Positions 1-8,531 of a DNA stretch of 23,929 nucleotides are shown piece by piece; the first letter of the stretch is position 1; every line of letters starts with the position of its first letter. The position numbers and the translations under genes are program-made. This DNA is from an uncultured delta proteobacterium (GTDB taxonomy: Bacteria > Myxococcota > Myxococcia > SLRQ01). Under the pieces are notes generated by a model. The model was given only the letters and a program-made list of their open reading frames with translations, was not told the origin of the DNA and did no database searches. The DNA lies in NCBI GenBank assembly GCA_963727485.1, contig CAVSGM010000004.1:1-23929 (forward strand), given 5' to 3'.

Positions 1-1158
1 GAAGATCTGCCCCAGGGGCACCATCCGCACCTCGAGGACGCCGCCCTGGAGCTCCTCGAGCTTGCGCTCAAGGTTCCGCGCCTCCTTGTAGAGGTCCACG
101 GCGAGGCCGTTGAAGCCCATGCGCTCCTTGAGCTGGTCGGAGATGCGCTGGATATTGCTCTTGGAGAGCACCAGCTCGCCGACCACGTTCATCAGGTGGT
201 CGAGGCGGCTGATGTCGACCCGGACGGTCTGGGCGACGCTCTTCAGGGACCGAAGTCGTCGTGGGCGGCGACCGCCTGGGCGGCCTCGGCGGCGGCGACC
301 CCGGTGGCGTCGGCGTCGGCGGCCTTGAACGGGCCCACCTGGGCGGTCTTCGGCGCCGGGGCCCGCCGGCGCCGGGCCGCGCCCTTCCGGGGGATGGCCT
401 CGAGGTCGACGGGGATCCCGGCGATGGCCTGCTCGAGGGCGTCCCGGGAGCGGTGGGTGCCCAGGAGCAAATCGAAGTCGATGGAGCTGTCGCTGCCCCC
501 CTCGCCGGACGGGAGGGTGGAGATCACCTCGCCACGGTCTTCACCCGGGTGGTGAGTATCCGAGAGCTCCCGGTCGAAGGTCATGAGATTCGAAGGAGGC
601 GTCGATCCCGTAGAGGTCGGCGCCCTGGCGGACGTTCTCCCGGAGGCGGTGCTCCTCGTACTCGGTGAGGACGTCGAGGACCTGCTGGTCGATGTCGACC
701 TGGGTGAGCGGGTCCTCGGAGCCCGAGGTGGCGCCGGCGGAGAGGGTGGCGTCGATGCGCTCGACCAGCGCCGCGGCACGATAGGTGGAGCCCCCCTCGG
801 CGCCGTCCTGATCGCGGCTGACCTCGGCGATCATGAGGTTCAAGGTCTCGATGCCCTCGAAGAGGACGTCCATGAGCTCCGGGCCCACCTCGACCCGGCC
901 CATGCGCAGGCCGTCCATGAGGTCCTCGAGGCGGTGGGCCACCGCGCTCATCCGCTCGATGCCGAACATCCCCGAGAGGCCCTTGAGGCTGTGGGCCGCC
1001 CGGAAGGCGTTGTTCAGGACCTCGGGATTGATGCGCCCGCGCTTGGCCTCGTCGTCGAGGCGCAGGAGGTCACTCGAGAGCTGCTCGACGATTCCCTGGG
1101 CCTCGGAGAGGAAGTCCTGGAGGGCCTTCTTGGAGATGCGGCCGCGGCCACCGGACAT
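1..1158 (-). CDS. cheA: Chemotaxis histidine kinase CheA, 5' part; runs off the left edge; apparent frameshifts near 590 and 250
   Basis: ORF 541..1158 has an HPt domain (FLSEAQ...FRAAHSLKGLSGMFG) and LTEYEEHRLRENV. The reading continues in the 243..779 frame (LMTFDREL...GEVISTLPS), then returns to the first frame for the dimerisation domain SLKSVAQTVRVDISRLDHLMNVVGELVL...LQGGVLEVRMVPLGQIF. Confidence 0.9.
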
Positions 1159-1161
1159 GGG

Positions 1162-1545
1162 TCAGTCGATCCCGAGGTGCTTGCGCACGTGCTCCAGGAG
1201 GTCCTGGGGCTCGAACGGCTTGATGAGGTAGGCGACGGCCCCGAGGCGCATCCCCTTCTCCCGGTCCCGGTCGGTGCCCTCGGTGCTGATGATGATCAGC
1301 GGGACCTCCCGGTAGTTCGGGTTCTTCTTCACGAAGTTGATGAGCTCGAGCCCGTTGATGTCGGGCATGTTGATGTCGGTGATGATGAGGTCGAAGCGCT
1401 CCCGGGGGAGGACCTTCAGGGCCTCGAAGCCGCTGTCGGTCTCGACCACCTGGACCCCGTCCACCGACTCCACCGTGGATCCCACGAGAGTCCGCATGGC
1501 GGGGCTGTCCTCGACGACGAGGACCTTGTAGGTACGCTCGGCCAT
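1162..1545 (-). CDS. cheY: CheY-like single-domain response regulator
   Basis: 127 aa receiver domain: VLVVEDS, DLIITDINMPDING (phospho-Asp), IIIST, YLIKPF. Directly upstream of cheA. Confidence 0.9.
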   Translation of the reverse strand: MAERTYKVLVVEDSPAMRTLVGSTVESVDGVQVVETDSGFEALKVLPRERFDLIITDINMPDINGLELINFVKKNPNYREVPLIIISTEGTDRDREKGMRLGAVAYLIKPFEPQDLLEHVRKHLGID

Positions 1546-1556
1546 GGGGAACGCTA
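1546..1556 (-). promoter_or_regulatory. Putative -10 element of a leaderless cheY promoter
   Basis: Minus-strand TAGCGT (1556-1551) 5 nt before the ATG; no Shine-Dalgarno visible. Confidence 0.4.
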
Positions 1557-1651
1557 ACCCCTCGAAATGTCGGGGTTACCGACGGGTTGGACGATACCAC
1601 GGGCCCTTGCAGGATACCAGATCGTGGTCCCCCGTGTGGGGCCGGGGGCGA

Positions 1652-3439
1652 TCAGCGGGTGAGGGGGCGGCGCCGGCGGAGGCCCAGGGCCAGCACCACG
1701 ACGAGGCCGAGGCCCGCCGGGGCGCCGCCGGTGGCGCTGCAGCCGCAGCCGCCGGGGCTCGGAACACCACCGCCGCCACCGCCGCCGGATCCGGGCCCGC
1801 CGTCGCCGGTCGCCCCGCCGTCCACCGGGCCCCCGCCACCATCCCCGGGGGTGCCTCCGTCGGTCGCGGCGGTGCAGGTGCACGGGCCGCTGGTGCAGTC
1901 GATCGTCCCGGCGCTCCACAGGGTGGCCCCGGCGGCGGTGGTCACCTCGAGGTTCCCGTCGTCCTCGAGGGTCGCCAGGGCCCCGGCGTTGCCGCCGGTC
2001 CCCGACGACCAGAGGGTGCACCCGGCGGCGTCGTAGAGGACGAGGTCGCCGTCCGGGCCCTCCTCGAGGGCGTAGCCGGCGGTGGTCCCGGTCTTCCAGA
2101 CCACGGTGCCGTCGCCGAGGCGCTGGACCACCAGGTCCCCGTCGCCCTGGAGCGTGAGGGCGTAGCAGCCGCCGCAGCTGGTGATCCGATCGCCCGGGCC
2201 GAGGCCCTCCCCGGCGGCGAAGGTGCCGCAGGTGGCGGGCACCGGGGGGATGGCGCCGGTGCCCGCGGACCAGAGCACGGTGCCGCCCGCCGAGACCGAG
2301 AGCTCGCCGTCGTCGCCCAGGGTGAGCGCGGCGCCGGCGTTGCCGCCGGTCCCGGAGTGCCACACCGCGCAGCCGGTGTCCGAGGCCAGGACCAGGTCGC
2401 CGCCCGACCGCATCACCAGCGCGGCGACGTGCTGGCCCCCGGTGCCGGCGTCCCAGGCGAGGTTCCCGTGGGCGAAGAGCTTCAGGTCGCCGGTACTGGT
2501 GAGCGCCAGGACGAAGCGGTGATCGCAGGAGGCGAGGTGCTGGCCCGGGAGCAGCCCCTGGCCCGGCTGGAGGGCGCCGCAGGTCCCAGGGGCGTCGACC
2601 TGGGGGGCGCTCCCGGTGCACGCGGTCCCCGCCCCACCCTGCCCCACCGGGTGGCCCACGGGCCCGTCACAGGTGGCGCCACCGGCGATCTGCCCCAGGG
2701 CCGCCCGGTCGCCGTTGAACCAGTCGAGGTCGACGTTGCCGGAGATCCCGGGCACCGAGCCCTTGGAGGTGTGCTGCCAGAAGACCCAGTCGGTCCAGTC
2801 GCCGGGCATGGTGGGGCACTGGACGTTCCAGTTGGCGACCCAGAGGTCGTAGCTGGCGAAGCTCGTGTGGGAGAGGTTCGGCCACAACCCGGGCGAGGTG
2901 TAGATGACCGGCCGCCGGCCGGTGCGGGCTTCGACCTCGTCGAGGAACGCCTGGGCGTTGGCCTCGGCCACCGCGTAGCTCGCCCCCGCCTCGTTCTTCT
3001 CCCAGTCGAGCATCGGCGGGAGGTCGGTGGCCTCGAGGGTCCCCACGTGGTCCAGGAAGGCATCGGCCTGGGCCTTGCCGTCGACGTTGGGGCAGAACAG
3101 GTGGTACGCGCCGCGGACGACGCCGTTCTGCTTCATCTGCGCCCAGTTGGTGGGGAAGATGGGATCGAGGTCGACGGTGTAGCTGGTGTTCTTCGCGCAC
3201 CGGCTCGCCTCGGCGTAGGCCCACACCACGCCCGAGCCCGCGACCTTCGACCAGTCGATCTGCCCCTGGTACTTGGACACGTCGATGCCCGGGAGGGTGG
3301 TGCCCGGGGCGCAGACGGTCAGGGGAAGCTCGGCGACCCCGGGCGCAGATGGCCCGGACGCGGACCCACCCGACGACCCGCAGCCGGCGGCGAGGGCGAC
3401 CCCGAGGGTCAGGACGGCAACGCGGGCGAGGCGGCGCAT
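1652..3439 (-). CDS. Lipoprotein-signal GH25 muramidase + 2 bulb-type lectin domains + MYXO-CTERM protein (paralog 1)
   Basis: Lipobox LAAGC. GH25 motifs [45 protein letters not shown]. Six degenerate B-lectin repeats (e.g. QGDGDLVVQ, EDDGNLEVT, each followed by a xW-S/x-GT-like segment). C-terminal GCGCSATGG + hydrophobic helix + LRRRR. Confidence 0.88.
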   Translation of the reverse strand: MRRLARVAVLTLGVALAAGCGSSGGSASGPSAPGVAELPLTVCAPGTTLPGIDVSKYQGQIDWSKVAGSGVVWAYAEASRCAKNTSYTVDLDPIFPTNWAQMKQNGVVRGAYHLFCPNVDGKAQADAFLDHVGTLEATDLPPMLDWEKNEAGASYAVAEANAQAFLDEVEARTGRRPVIYTSPGLWPNLSHTSFASYDLWVANWNVQCPTMPGDWTDWVFWQHTSKGSVPGISGNVDLDWFNGDRAALGQIAGGATCDGPVGHPVGQGGAGTACTGSAPQVDAPGTCGALQPGQGLLPGQHLASCDHRFVLALTSTGDLKLFAHGNLAWDAGTGGQHVAALVMRSGGDLVLASDTGCAVWHSGTGGNAGAALTLGDDGELSVSAGGTVLWSAGTGAIPPVPATCGTFAAGEGLGPGDRITSCGGCYALTLQGDGDLVVQRLGDGTVVWKTGTTAGYALEEGPDGDLVLYDAAGCTLWSSGTGGNAGALATLEDDGNLEVTTAAGATLWSAGTIDCTSGPCTCTAATDGGTPGDGGGGPVDGGATGDGGPGSGGGGGGGVPSPGGCGCSATGGAPAGLGLVVVLALGLRRRRPLTR

Positions 3440-3445
3440 CGACGC

Positions 3446-3475
3446 ACGCTACCTGCCCGCGGCCAGGGTCGGCAA
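3446..3475 (-). promoter_or_regulatory. Putative sigma70-type leaderless promoter of paralog 1
   Basis: TTGCCG (3475-3470), 18 nt, TAGCGT (3451-3446), 6 nt, ATG at 3439. Confidence 0.5.
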
Positions 3476-3484
3476 GGCGCCCGT

Positions 3485-5284
3485 TCAGGCCCGCCGGCGC
3501 CGGCGCAGGCCCACCAGGCCGACGACCAGGAGCAGGCCCATGACACCGGGGCTCGAGCTGCCGGTGGCGCTGCAGCTGCAGCCGCCGCTGCCGGTGCCGG
3601 TGGTGCCCCCGGTCCCGCCGTCGGTCGATCCGCCGGTGCCGCCGTCCGGGGTGCCGCCGCCGGTCCCGCCGGTGCCCCCGCCCGTGCCGCCGTCGGTGCC
3701 CCCGCCGGTCCCGCCGTTGCAGGTGCACCCGCCGGTGCACGCGGTGCTCGACGAGGACCACAGGGGCGAGCCCGAGCTGTCGTAGACCACGAGGTTCCCG
3801 TCGTCCTCGACCTTGGCGTAGGCGCCGGCGTGGCCGCCGGTCTGCGAGTCCCACACCGGGCAGCCCTCCTTGGAGTAGACGACCAGGTCGCCGCCGGTCT
3901 CCATGACCACCTGGTAGCCGGCGCCGCCGCCGGTCGCCGACTGCCACAGCATCCCCTGGCCCTGCTGGCCGAGCACCAGGTCTCCGTCGCTCTGCATGGT
4001 GAGGGTGAAGCACCCGCCGCAGCTGTTGAGGGAGTCGCCGGGGCCGAGGCCGCTGCCCGAGGCCAGGGTGCCGCAGGTGGTCGGGGCCAGGGCGATGGCG
4101 CCGGTCCCCGAGGACCAGAGGGCGCCGGTGGAATCGGAGACCACGAGGTTCCCGTCGCTCTGGATCGCGAAGGACGCCCCGGGGTGGCCGCCGGTGGCCG
4201 TGGACCACACGGCGCAGCCCCCGGCGTCGTAGAGGACGAGGTCGCCGTCGGACTGCATGTCGAGGACGGTGGCGCCGCTCCCGGCGGTCCCGGTGTCCCA
4301 GATCTGGTTGCCGTGGGCGTAGAGCACCAGGTCGCCGCTCGACTTCAGGGCCAGGACGAAGCGCCCGTCACAGGACCCCTCGGAGCCCCCGGCGACCAGC
4401 CCCTCGCCGCCGCCGATGGCCCCGCAGACCCCGGACGACCCGACCTGGGGCGGGGCGGTCTTGCAGGCGCCCGAGGTCACCACCCCGCCGCCGCCGACCG
4501 CCGTCGACTTGGGGCCGGTGCAGGCGCCGCCCGACGCGGTGGCCAGCGCCGAGGCGTCACCGTTGAACACGTCGAGGTCGACGTTGCCGCTGATGCCGGA
4601 GATGGCGCCCTTGTTGGAGTACTGCCAGAACATCCAGTCGCTCCACCCGCTCGGGAGCACCGGGCAGCTGGTGGGGTCGTAGAGCCAGTCGGCGACCCAG
4701 AGGGGATCGGCGCCGAAGCTGGTGGACGACTTGCTCCCCCAGGTCCCGGGGCTGGTGTAGATGACCGTGGCCCGGCCGGTCTGGGCGTGGATCTCGTCGA
4801 TGAACGCCTGGGCCCGCGCCGAGGCCGTCGCCGCGCTCACCCCGTCGGTGACCTCCCAGTCGAGCATCGGCGGGAGATCGCCGGCGCCCATCTGGCCCAC
4901 CGCCGCCAGGTAGGCGTCGGCCTGGGCCTTGCCGTCGTCCTTCGGGCGGAAGAAGTGGTAGGCGCCCCGGGCGAGCCCCGCGCCCTTCATCCCCGGCCAG
5001 TTGTTGGCGAACTGGGGGTCCGTGTAGGTGACGCCCTCGGTGGCCTTGGCGTAGGCCCACTTGAGGCCCGACCCCGACGTCGACCACGGGATCGTCCCCT
5101 GGTAGACCGACACGTCGATGCCCGGGAGCGTGGTCCCCGCCGCGCACTTGTTGAGGGCCTGGGCCATCATCCCGGGCGGCAGGGGCGTGGCGCCGGCGTT
5201 GGCGTGGCCGGGCAGCTGCCCCCCGGGACCGCAGGCGGCGAAGGTGAGCAGGGCGAGGAGTGCGAGCTGGGCGCGCCGGTTCAT
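3485..5284 (-). CDS. Lipoprotein-signal GH25 muramidase + 2 bulb-type lectin domains + MYXO-CTERM protein (paralog 2)
   Basis: Lipobox [44 protein letters not shown]-lectin repeats [27 protein letters not shown]. Gly/Thr linker, then [17 protein letters not shown]. Confidence 0.88.
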   Translation of the reverse strand: MNRRAQLALLALLTFAACGPGGQLPGHANAGATPLPPGMMAQALNKCAAGTTLPGIDVSVYQGTIPWSTSGSGLKWAYAKATEGVTYTDPQFANNWPGMKGAGLARGAYHFFRPKDDGKAQADAYLAAVGQMGAGDLPPMLDWEVTDGVSAATASARAQAFIDEIHAQTGRATVIYTSPGTWGSKSSTSFGADPLWVADWLYDPTSCPVLPSGWSDWMFWQYSNKGAISGISGNVDLDVFNGDASALATASGGACTGPKSTAVGGGGVVTSGACKTAPPQVGSSGVCGAIGGGEGLVAGGSEGSCDGRFVLALKSSGDLVLYAHGNQIWDTGTAGSGATVLDMQSDGDLVLYDAGGCAVWSTATGGHPGASFAIQSDGNLVVSDSTGALWSSGTGAIALAPTTCGTLASGSGLGPGDSLNSCGGCFTLTMQSDGDLVLGQQGQGMLWQSATGGGAGYQVVMETGGDLVVYSKEGCPVWDSQTGGHAGAYAKVEDDGNLVVYDSSGSPLWSSSSTACTGGCTCNGGTGGGTDGGTGGGTGGTGGGTPDGGTGGSTDGGTGGTTGTGSGGCSCSATGSSSPGVMGLLLVVGLVGLRRRRRA

Positions 5285-5297
5285 GGGGGGAAGCCTA
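5285..5297 (-). promoter_or_regulatory. Putative -10 element of a leaderless promoter of paralog 2
   Basis: TAGGCT (5297-5292) 7 nt before the ATG at 5284; no SD. Confidence 0.45.
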
Positions 5298-5343
5298 CCC
5301 GCGGGGCTTCAGGGGCCACAACGCCCCGGCGTCCCACCTAAGC

Positions 5344-7392
5344 TTACTTGTAGGTGTCGCCCCGCGGGTGCCGGCGCCGGAGCACCAGGCCCACCAGGAG
5401 CAGGCCCACCAGGCCCGCCGGGCTCCCGCCGCCGGTGGCGCTGCAGCCGCAGCCCCCGGCGGTCCCGGTGGCGGTGGGACCGCCGTCGGCGCCGCCGAAC
5501 CCGGCGCCGAGGCCCCCGTCTCCGGGGGAGCCGGCATCGGCGATCCCACCGCCGGTGCCCGCGTCCACCGTGCCGCCGCCGCTCCCGCCATCGACGCTCC
5601 CGCCATCGACGCTCCCGCCATCGACGCTCCCGCCGTCGACGCTCCCGCCGTCGACGCTCCCGCCGTCGACGCTCCCGCCATCGACGCTCCCGCCGTCGAC
5701 CGTCCCGCCGGTCCCGCCGCCGGTGCCGGCGTCCGGGGTCCCCCCATCGGCCGGCGGCGGCGGCGGAGGCGGCGGCGGCGGCGGCGGCGGGTTGCAGCTG
5801 CACCCGCCCGGGCACACCACCGTGTTGCTCGCCCACAGGGGATGGTGGGCGGGGTCGTAGATCACCACGTTCCCGTCGTCCTGCACCGCCGCGAAGGCCC
5901 CGGCGTGGCCCCCGGTCTTGCTGTTCCACAGGGCGCACCCCTGCTTCGAGTAGAGGGCCAGGTTTCCGCCGGGGAGCATGGAGGCCATGTAGCCGCCCTT
6001 GCCGTTGGTCCCGGTGGACCACAGGGCCCCCTGGCCCTTCCGGTAGAGGACCAGGTTCCCGTCGGATTGCATCACCAGGTTGAAGCACCCGCCGCAGCTC
6101 CACACGCTGTCGCCGGGCCCGAGGCCGTTGCCCGAGGGGAGGGCGCCGCACGCGGTCGGCGCCGGGGGGATGGACCCGGTGCCCGAGGCCCAGAGGACCT
6201 TGCTCGCCCCGTAGACCACCAGGTTGCCGTCGGACTGCACCGCCAGGTAGGCCCCGGCGTGGCCCCCGGAGTTGCTCGCCCACAGGGGGCACCCCTTGGT
6301 GGTGTAGAGGACGAGGTTCCCGTCCCCCTGCATCACCAGGTACGCCCCGCCCTTCCCATTGGTGTGGGTGTCCCACTCGGCGATGCCGTGGGCGTAGAGC
6401 ACCACGTTGCCGTCGGTCTGCATCGCCAGGACGAACCGGTGGTCACAGGAGGCGACCGACTGGCCGGGGCCGAGGCCCTGGCCAGGCTTCAGGGCGCCGC
6501 AGCTCGCCGGGGCGGTGAACGCCGGCTTGCCCCCGCTGCAGGCGCCGGTGACGGGCCCGGCGCTCCCCACCCCGTTGCCCACCGGGCCGCTGCAGGTGCC
6601 GCCGCCACTGCCGCCCCCCGCGATCCCGGAGAGATCCCCCGCGTTGCCGTTGAACACGTCCCGGTCCACCCGGCCGCCGATCCCCGGCACCGAGCCCTTG
6701 TCCGTGTACTGCCAGTACATCCAGCTGCTCCACCCGCTCGGGAGCACCGGGCAGCCGCTGGGATCGTAGGTCCAGTCGGCCACCCACAGGGGGTTCGAGC
6801 CGAAGCTCTTCGAGCTCATGCTCGGCCACAGCCCGGGGCTGGTGTAGATGACCGTGGCCCGGCCGGTCCTGGCGTGGATCTCGTCGATGAACGCCTGGGC
6901 GTTGGCCTCGCCCACGGCCCGGCTCACCCCGTCGGTGACCTCCCAGTCGAGCATCGGCGGCAGATCGCCCGCGCCCATGGGCCCCACCTGGGCGAGGTAG
7001 TGGTCGGCCTGGGCCTTCCCGCTCACCGAGGGGTGGAAGAAGTGGTAGGCGCCTCGGGCCACGCCCTGCTGCTTCATCCCCGCCCAGTTGGCCTTGAAGG
7101 TGGAGTCGTTGTAGCCCGAGCCCTCGGTGGCCTTGGCGTAGGCCCACTTCAGGCTGCCGCTCGCCTGGCCCCAGTTGATGCTGCCCTGGTAGACGGAGAC
7201 GTCGGCGCCGGGGAGGGTCCCGTGGGCGCCGGCGCACTTGGTCAGCGCCTCCGAGAGGGTGCCGGGAGCGGGGACCGCGCCGGCCTGCGCCTGCCCAGGG
7301 AGCCCGCCGCCGGGCCCGCAGGCGCCGAGGACGAGGGCCAGGCAGGCGGTGAGCATCGCCTTGCCGGTGGGTCGCTTGGGGGGAATCCGCAT
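5344..7392 (-). CDS. Lipoprotein-signal GH25 muramidase + 2 bulb-type lectin domains + MYXO-CTERM protein (paralog 3)
   Basis: SD AGGAGG upstream; lipobox [36 protein letters not shown]. Five canonical QxDxNxVxY sites. Pro13 + (VDGGS)8 linker, then [14 protein letters not shown]. Confidence 0.9.
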   Translation of the reverse strand: MRIPPKRPTGKAMLTACLALVLGACGPGGGLPGQAQAGAVPAPGTLSEALTKCAGAHGTLPGADVSVYQGSINWGQASGSLKWAYAKATEGSGYNDSTFKANWAGMKQQGVARGAYHFFHPSVSGKAQADHYLAQVGPMGAGDLPPMLDWEVTDGVSRAVGEANAQAFIDEIHARTGRATVIYTSPGLWPSMSSKSFGSNPLWVADWTYDPSGCPVLPSGWSSWMYWQYTDKGSVPGIGGRVDRDVFNGNAGDLSGIAGGGSGGGTCSGPVGNGVGSAGPVTGACSGGKPAFTAPASCGALKPGQGLGPGQSVASCDHRFVLAMQTDGNVVLYAHGIAEWDTHTNGKGGAYLVMQGDGNLVLYTTKGCPLWASNSGGHAGAYLAVQSDGNLVVYGASKVLWASGTGSIPPAPTACGALPSGNGLGPGDSVWSCGGCFNLVMQSDGNLVLYRKGQGALWSTGTNGKGGYMASMLPGGNLALYSKQGCALWNSKTGGHAGAFAAVQDDGNVVIYDPAHHPLWASNTVVCPGGCSCNPPPPPPPPPPPPPADGGTPDAGTGGGTGGTVDGGSVDGGSVDGGSVDGGSVDGGSVDGGSVDGGSVDGGSGGGTVDAGTGGGIADAGSPGDGGLGAGFGGADGGPTATGTAGGCGCSATGGGSPAGLVGLLLVGLVLRRRHPRGDTYK
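5581..5700. repeat. 8 x 15-bp tandem repeat GCTCCCGCC(A/G)TCGAC encoding (VDGGS)8 in the paralog 3 linker
   Basis: Counted directly: 8 head-to-tail units differing only at one synonymous position (a,a,a,g,g,g,a,g). Confidence 0.95.
5752..5790. repeat. (CGG)n triplet run encoding 13 prolines
   Basis: 39 nt of CCG codons with one CCT on the minus strand, between the lectin domain and the linker. Confidence 0.95.
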
Positions 7393-7614
7393 CGCTGGCC
7401 TCCTGGGTCAGAGCCAGGGGGCTGCGGTGCAGCGGCGGTGCCGGCCCGGCCCGGCACCGGGCCCTGGGCGAGATTTACCCGTACTTCCAGGCACTTGGGC
7501 CTGCCATGGCGCGGCGGGGCGTCACACGACGTTACATCCTGAGCCGTCCTCATCCCGGTCGCCCTCGGGGGATTGACGGGTTCCCGGTCGGCCCCGGGCC
7601 CTCGCCCGGGCGCC

Positions 7615-8109
7615 TCAGGACCCGCGCTTGCCGAAGGCCTTGCCGAGGGCGGCGAGGTCGCCCACCAGGGTCACCTGCCCCTCGAAGCCCCCGTCCTCGA
7701 GGCCGGCGACCAGGGCCCTCGCCGCCTCGTCCACCGGCACCGGCGGCGCGGGATCCCCGGGGACCGCGGTGACCACCGACCCGGCGTGGGCTTCGGTCAG
7801 CGCCTTGCCCGCGGCGCGCCCGGCGGCGCGGATCCCCTCGGGGTCGAGGTCCGCCAGCTTCCCCACCCCAAAGGCGAGCAGGCGCCCGACGGCCACGTGC
7901 TCCAGGCCCGGCGAGAGGACCTTCTCCCCGGCCGCGCCGGTGAGCCAGTCCCGGGAGAGCCACCGGGACAGGCGCCCGGTGAGCCGCCAGTCGACCAGCC
8001 CCCCGAGGCCGGTCAGGGGCCGGACATCCTCGGGGACGAAGAGCACCAGGGTGTCGGCCTCGAGGCGGTCCACGGTCTCGAAGCCCGCGGGGAGGACCTC
8101 GACCTTCAT
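7615..8109 (-). CDS. Peptidase M17 (leucyl aminopeptidase) N-terminal-domain-only protein
   Basis: MKVEVLPAG...[27 protein letters not shown]...GEKVL...RLLAFGVG resembles the stand-alone M17 N-domain family. ATGA overlap with the nusB stop; 164 aa. Confidence 0.65.
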   Translation of the reverse strand: MKVEVLPAGFETVDRLEADTLVLFVPEDVRPLTGLGGLVDWRLTGRLSRWLSRDWLTGAAGEKVLSPGLEHVAVGRLLAFGVGKLADLDPEGIRAAGRAAGKALTEAHAGSVVTAVPGDPAPPVPVDEAARALVAGLEDGGFEGQVTLVGDLAALGKAFGKRGS

Positions 8110-8531
8110 CCGGGCGCCGCCTCGTCGCGCACCGCCCGGGCGACCTTGTCGAGGACGCCGTTGATGAAGGCGCTCGACTCCTCGGTGCCGAAGCGCTTGG
8201 CCACCTCGATGGCCTCGTTGAGGATCACCTTCACCGGCACGTCGGTGCGGTGGCGCAGCTCGAAGGTGGCCACCCGGAGGATGTTCCGGTCGACCCGGGC
8301 CATCCGGTCCACCCGCCAGTTGGGGCTGTGGGCGCCCACCAGGGCGTCGAGCTCTTCCCGGTTGTCGGCGACGCCCCGGACCAGCATCTCCGCGTAGCCG
8401 AGGACGTCGGTGTCGGTCTCGCCGAAGCTCTCCCGGAGGCTCTGGAGGGCCTCGTCGGCGCTGTGGCCGGCGAGGTCGATCTGGTAGAGGGCCTGGAGGG
8501 CCGCCTCCCGGGCCTTGCGCCGCTTGCCCAA
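8106..8531 (-). CDS. nusB: Transcription antitermination factor NusB
   Basis: [50 protein letters not shown]; follows ribH. Confidence 0.96.
   Translation of the reverse strand: MGKRRKAREAALQALYQIDLAGHSADEALQSLRESFGETDTDVLGYAEMLVRGVADNREELDALVGAHSPNWRVDRMARVDRNILRVATFELRHRTDVPVKVILNEAIEVAKRFGTEESSAFINGVLDKVARAVRDEAAPG

Noticed and set aside
243..600. Programmed frameshifting or a split cheA
   Set aside because: No slippery heptamer is evident and similar scattered indels occur elsewhere, so sequencing error is the simpler explanation.
5581..5700. Tandem repeats as a possible CRISPR array
   Set aside because: 15-bp head-to-tail units with no spacers, in frame inside a CDS, and no cas genes nearby.
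1652..7392. Prophage lysis cassette (GH25 endolysins)
   Set aside because: No holin, spanin, structural or integrase genes. The proteins carry host-type export and MYXO-CTERM signals.
7488..7510. Sigma54 promoter upstream of the array (TGGCAG...TGC)
   Set aside because: The GG-to-GC spacing is one base too long for the strict -24/-12 geometry on either strand.
1544..7542. Very long plus-strand ORFs (1544..5341, 1265 aa; 5260..7542, 760 aa)
   Set aside because: Antisense shadows of the GC3-rich minus-strand genes, with no recognisable motifs. The same applies to 13076..15424, 15292..17304, 17003..18940 and 20190..21914.
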